Shown here in pieces: positions 62,678-64,000 of a stretch of 64,000 nucleotides of DNA; within the stretch, counting starts at the first letter, position 1; each line of letters begins with the position of its first letter. The stretch covers positions 6,985-70,984 of the forward strand of contig CANRLZ010000004.1 in the NCBI GenBank assembly GCA_947631595.1, in the 5' to 3' direction. The stretch is from an uncultured Oscillospiraceae bacterium. GTDB taxonomy: Bacteria; Bacillota; Clostridia; Oscillospirales; Oscillospiraceae. A model generated the notes under the pieces. It saw only the letters and a list, made by a program, of their open reading frames with translations. It was not told the origin of the DNA and ran no database searches. A program made the position numbers and the translations under genes.

Positions 62678-64000
62678 TCAGTTCTCCGTGGACCACTCGG
62701 TCCGGATGATGCGGAAGCGCTGGACAATGTCCTCCCGGCTCAGGCCGGTGTCCCAGACCTGGGGCCGGAGTTCATAGGCGTAGGTGGCGGAGGCGTCGCT
62801 GAACACCACCTGGCGATCCCCCTGGGTGGCTCGGCTCTGCTGGTTGGTGCCGGTGAACTTGTAGAGGATCAGGAAGGTCTCGCCGCCGCGCAGGGAGAAC
62901 GCCACCGCCCGCTCCCCGGCGCTCACCGAACCCCGGCGGGAGATGGTGATCTGGTCTGCCCAGCTGTCCGGCAACTCCAGATACCAGCCGTCGGTGACGT
63001 TGTGGTAGGTGGTCAGGACCTTGTGGGACTGGCCGGTCTCGTCAAACTGGAGCCAGCGCAGCAGCCAGAAGTCGTCGGCGGAGTCGGCTGCCCGAGGCAG
63101 GAGGACGGGCTGGGGCACCTCCAGAACGCCGTCCCGGTCGATGTCGGTGCTGGCCACGGCGGTGTAGGAGCGGATGGTGGCCTCGCTGCGGAGGGTGACC
63201 CGGTCCAGGGTGATGTTGGTCAGCGCGCCGTCCCGGAAGCAGAGGATGTCCTCCACCTGGTCGGCGGTGTCGGGGAAGCCGGAGGTGACGAAGACGGCGG
63301 GAACGCCGCCGGCCAGCGCGCCGCTGCGGAGGCTCTTGACCTCGTTGATGCCGGCGGAGAGGGGCGCTGTGGACTTCCGGGCCAGGGCGGCGCCGTCATA
63401 GTCAAAGTAGTCGGCACGGGCGGCGGTGTCCTCGGCGGTGGGGAGGTGCAGGACGGTGACCTCCCGCTCCCCGTCGCCGTCCAGGTCGGAGAGGTTGAAG
63501 CGGGCATAGCTGTCCACCCACAGAAGCTCGATGCCCTCCCGGTCGTCCAGGCTGTACACGCCCAGGGAGTGGTCGTCCCCGGAGATCTGCCAGGAGACGA
63601 TGACCTCCTTCCGCGGGCCGCCGCCCACGTCCTCGTAGTTCACCGAGTAGATGGCGCTGCCCACGCCCTCCACGATGGTGTCCACGCCGTAGCTGCCGTC
63701 CTCCTGGAGGTCGAAGATGTAGAGCTTCAGCGGCCGCTCCTCCTCCGGCACCCGGAAAAAGGCCACCGCGGACTCCTGCACCCCGTCGCCGTCCAGGTCC
63801 TGGAGCTGGACGGTCTGGGCGTTGGAGCCGGACTGGGGGGCGATGGACTCCCCGCCGATGGCGGTGCGGATCTCGTTGAGCTTGGCGTTGAGCTTGCCGT
63901 AGTCCTCCGGGGGCTTGGGAAGGGCGAACATATTCCCCGCCTCGCCGCCCAGGCAGCCGGTGAGCGCCAGGACCAGGCCCAGCAGCAGCGCCGCCAGACG
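62678..64000 (-). CDS. FG-GAP/VCBS-like repeat lipoprotein (5' end off the right edge)
   Basis: The reading frame stays open upstream of the track start (63931) to the window edge. It encodes ...RLAALLLGLVLALTGCLGGEAGN, a lipobox LTGC. Three DxDxDG Ca-binding-like motifs are present (DLDGDGVQE, DLDGDGERE, DIDRDGVLE). Confidence 0.7.
   Translation of the reverse strand, partial: RLAALLLGLVLALTGCLGGEAGNMFALPKPPEDYGKLNAKLNEIRTAIGGESIAPQSGSNAQTVQLQDLDGDGVQESAVAFFRVPEEERPLKLYIFDLQEDGSYGVDTIVEGVGSAIYSVNYEDVGGGPRKEVIVSWQISGDDHSLGVYSLDDREGIELLWVDSYARFNLSDLDGDGEREVTVLHLPTAEDTAARADYFDYDGAALARKSTAPLSAGINEVKSLRSGALAGGVPAVFVTSGFPDTADQVEDILCFRDGALTNITLDRVTLRSEATIRSYTAVASTDIDRDGVLEVPQPVLLPRAADSADDFWLLRWLQFDETGQSHKVLTTYHNVTDGWYLELPDSWADQITISRRGSVSAGERAVAFSLRGGETFLILYKFTGTNQQSRATQGDRQVVFSDASATYAYELRPQVWDTGLSREDIVQRFRIIRTEWSTEN

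Overview
High-GC (roughly two-thirds G+C by eye, not computed) Clostridia-type chromosomal segment. The taxonomic call rests on sporulation-linked genes (whiA, ytfI/ytfJ, yabM/spoVB-like flippase), an SLH cell-wall anchor and an ispH-rpsA fusion. I call about 50 protein genes, one tRNA-Ser(GGA) and one T-box leader. I see no transposase, integrase, phage genes, CRISPR array or recognisable defence genes, so this reads as core genome, not an accessory island. Gene content from left to right: GNAT (partial), then a tightly coupled minus-strand string greA-metF-metH-(MetH activation domain)-nrdG-nrdD. Next come Fe-ADH/ALDH3/DegV, an SLH-anchored adhesin, an FAD/Rieske oxidoreductase, tRNA-Ser, punA-mtaD, a MOP flippase, mazG, hup and deoC. 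These are followed by a WG-repeat membrane protein, an aconitase-family hydratase, an M50 protease, scpAB-ytfIJ-dacB-rluB, and rpiR-flavoprotein-cmk-plsC-ispH/rpsA-pcrA. Then an EamA transporter, a Trp T-box with a trpXYZ-type ABC importer, and an MMPL transporter with a 1148-aa GLUG/Pip-like surface protein. The right end carries the minus-strand block rluA-cls-dnaE-whiA-yvcK-rapZ-murB, a DUF378 gene, and a lipoprotein-RR-HK (WalRK-like) operon that runs off the right edge. The very long ORFs in the track that lie antisense to these genes are high-GC artefacts. I found no clear-cut novel system. The best candidates for follow-up are the MMPL plus tail-anchored GLUG/Pip-like protein operon, a strongly AT-rich island with promoter-like signals inside the ispH-rpsA fusion, coupling of nrdDG to a split methionine synthase under NrdR-like boxes, the Trp T-box importer, and a possible fatty alcohol/aldehyde to DegV operon.
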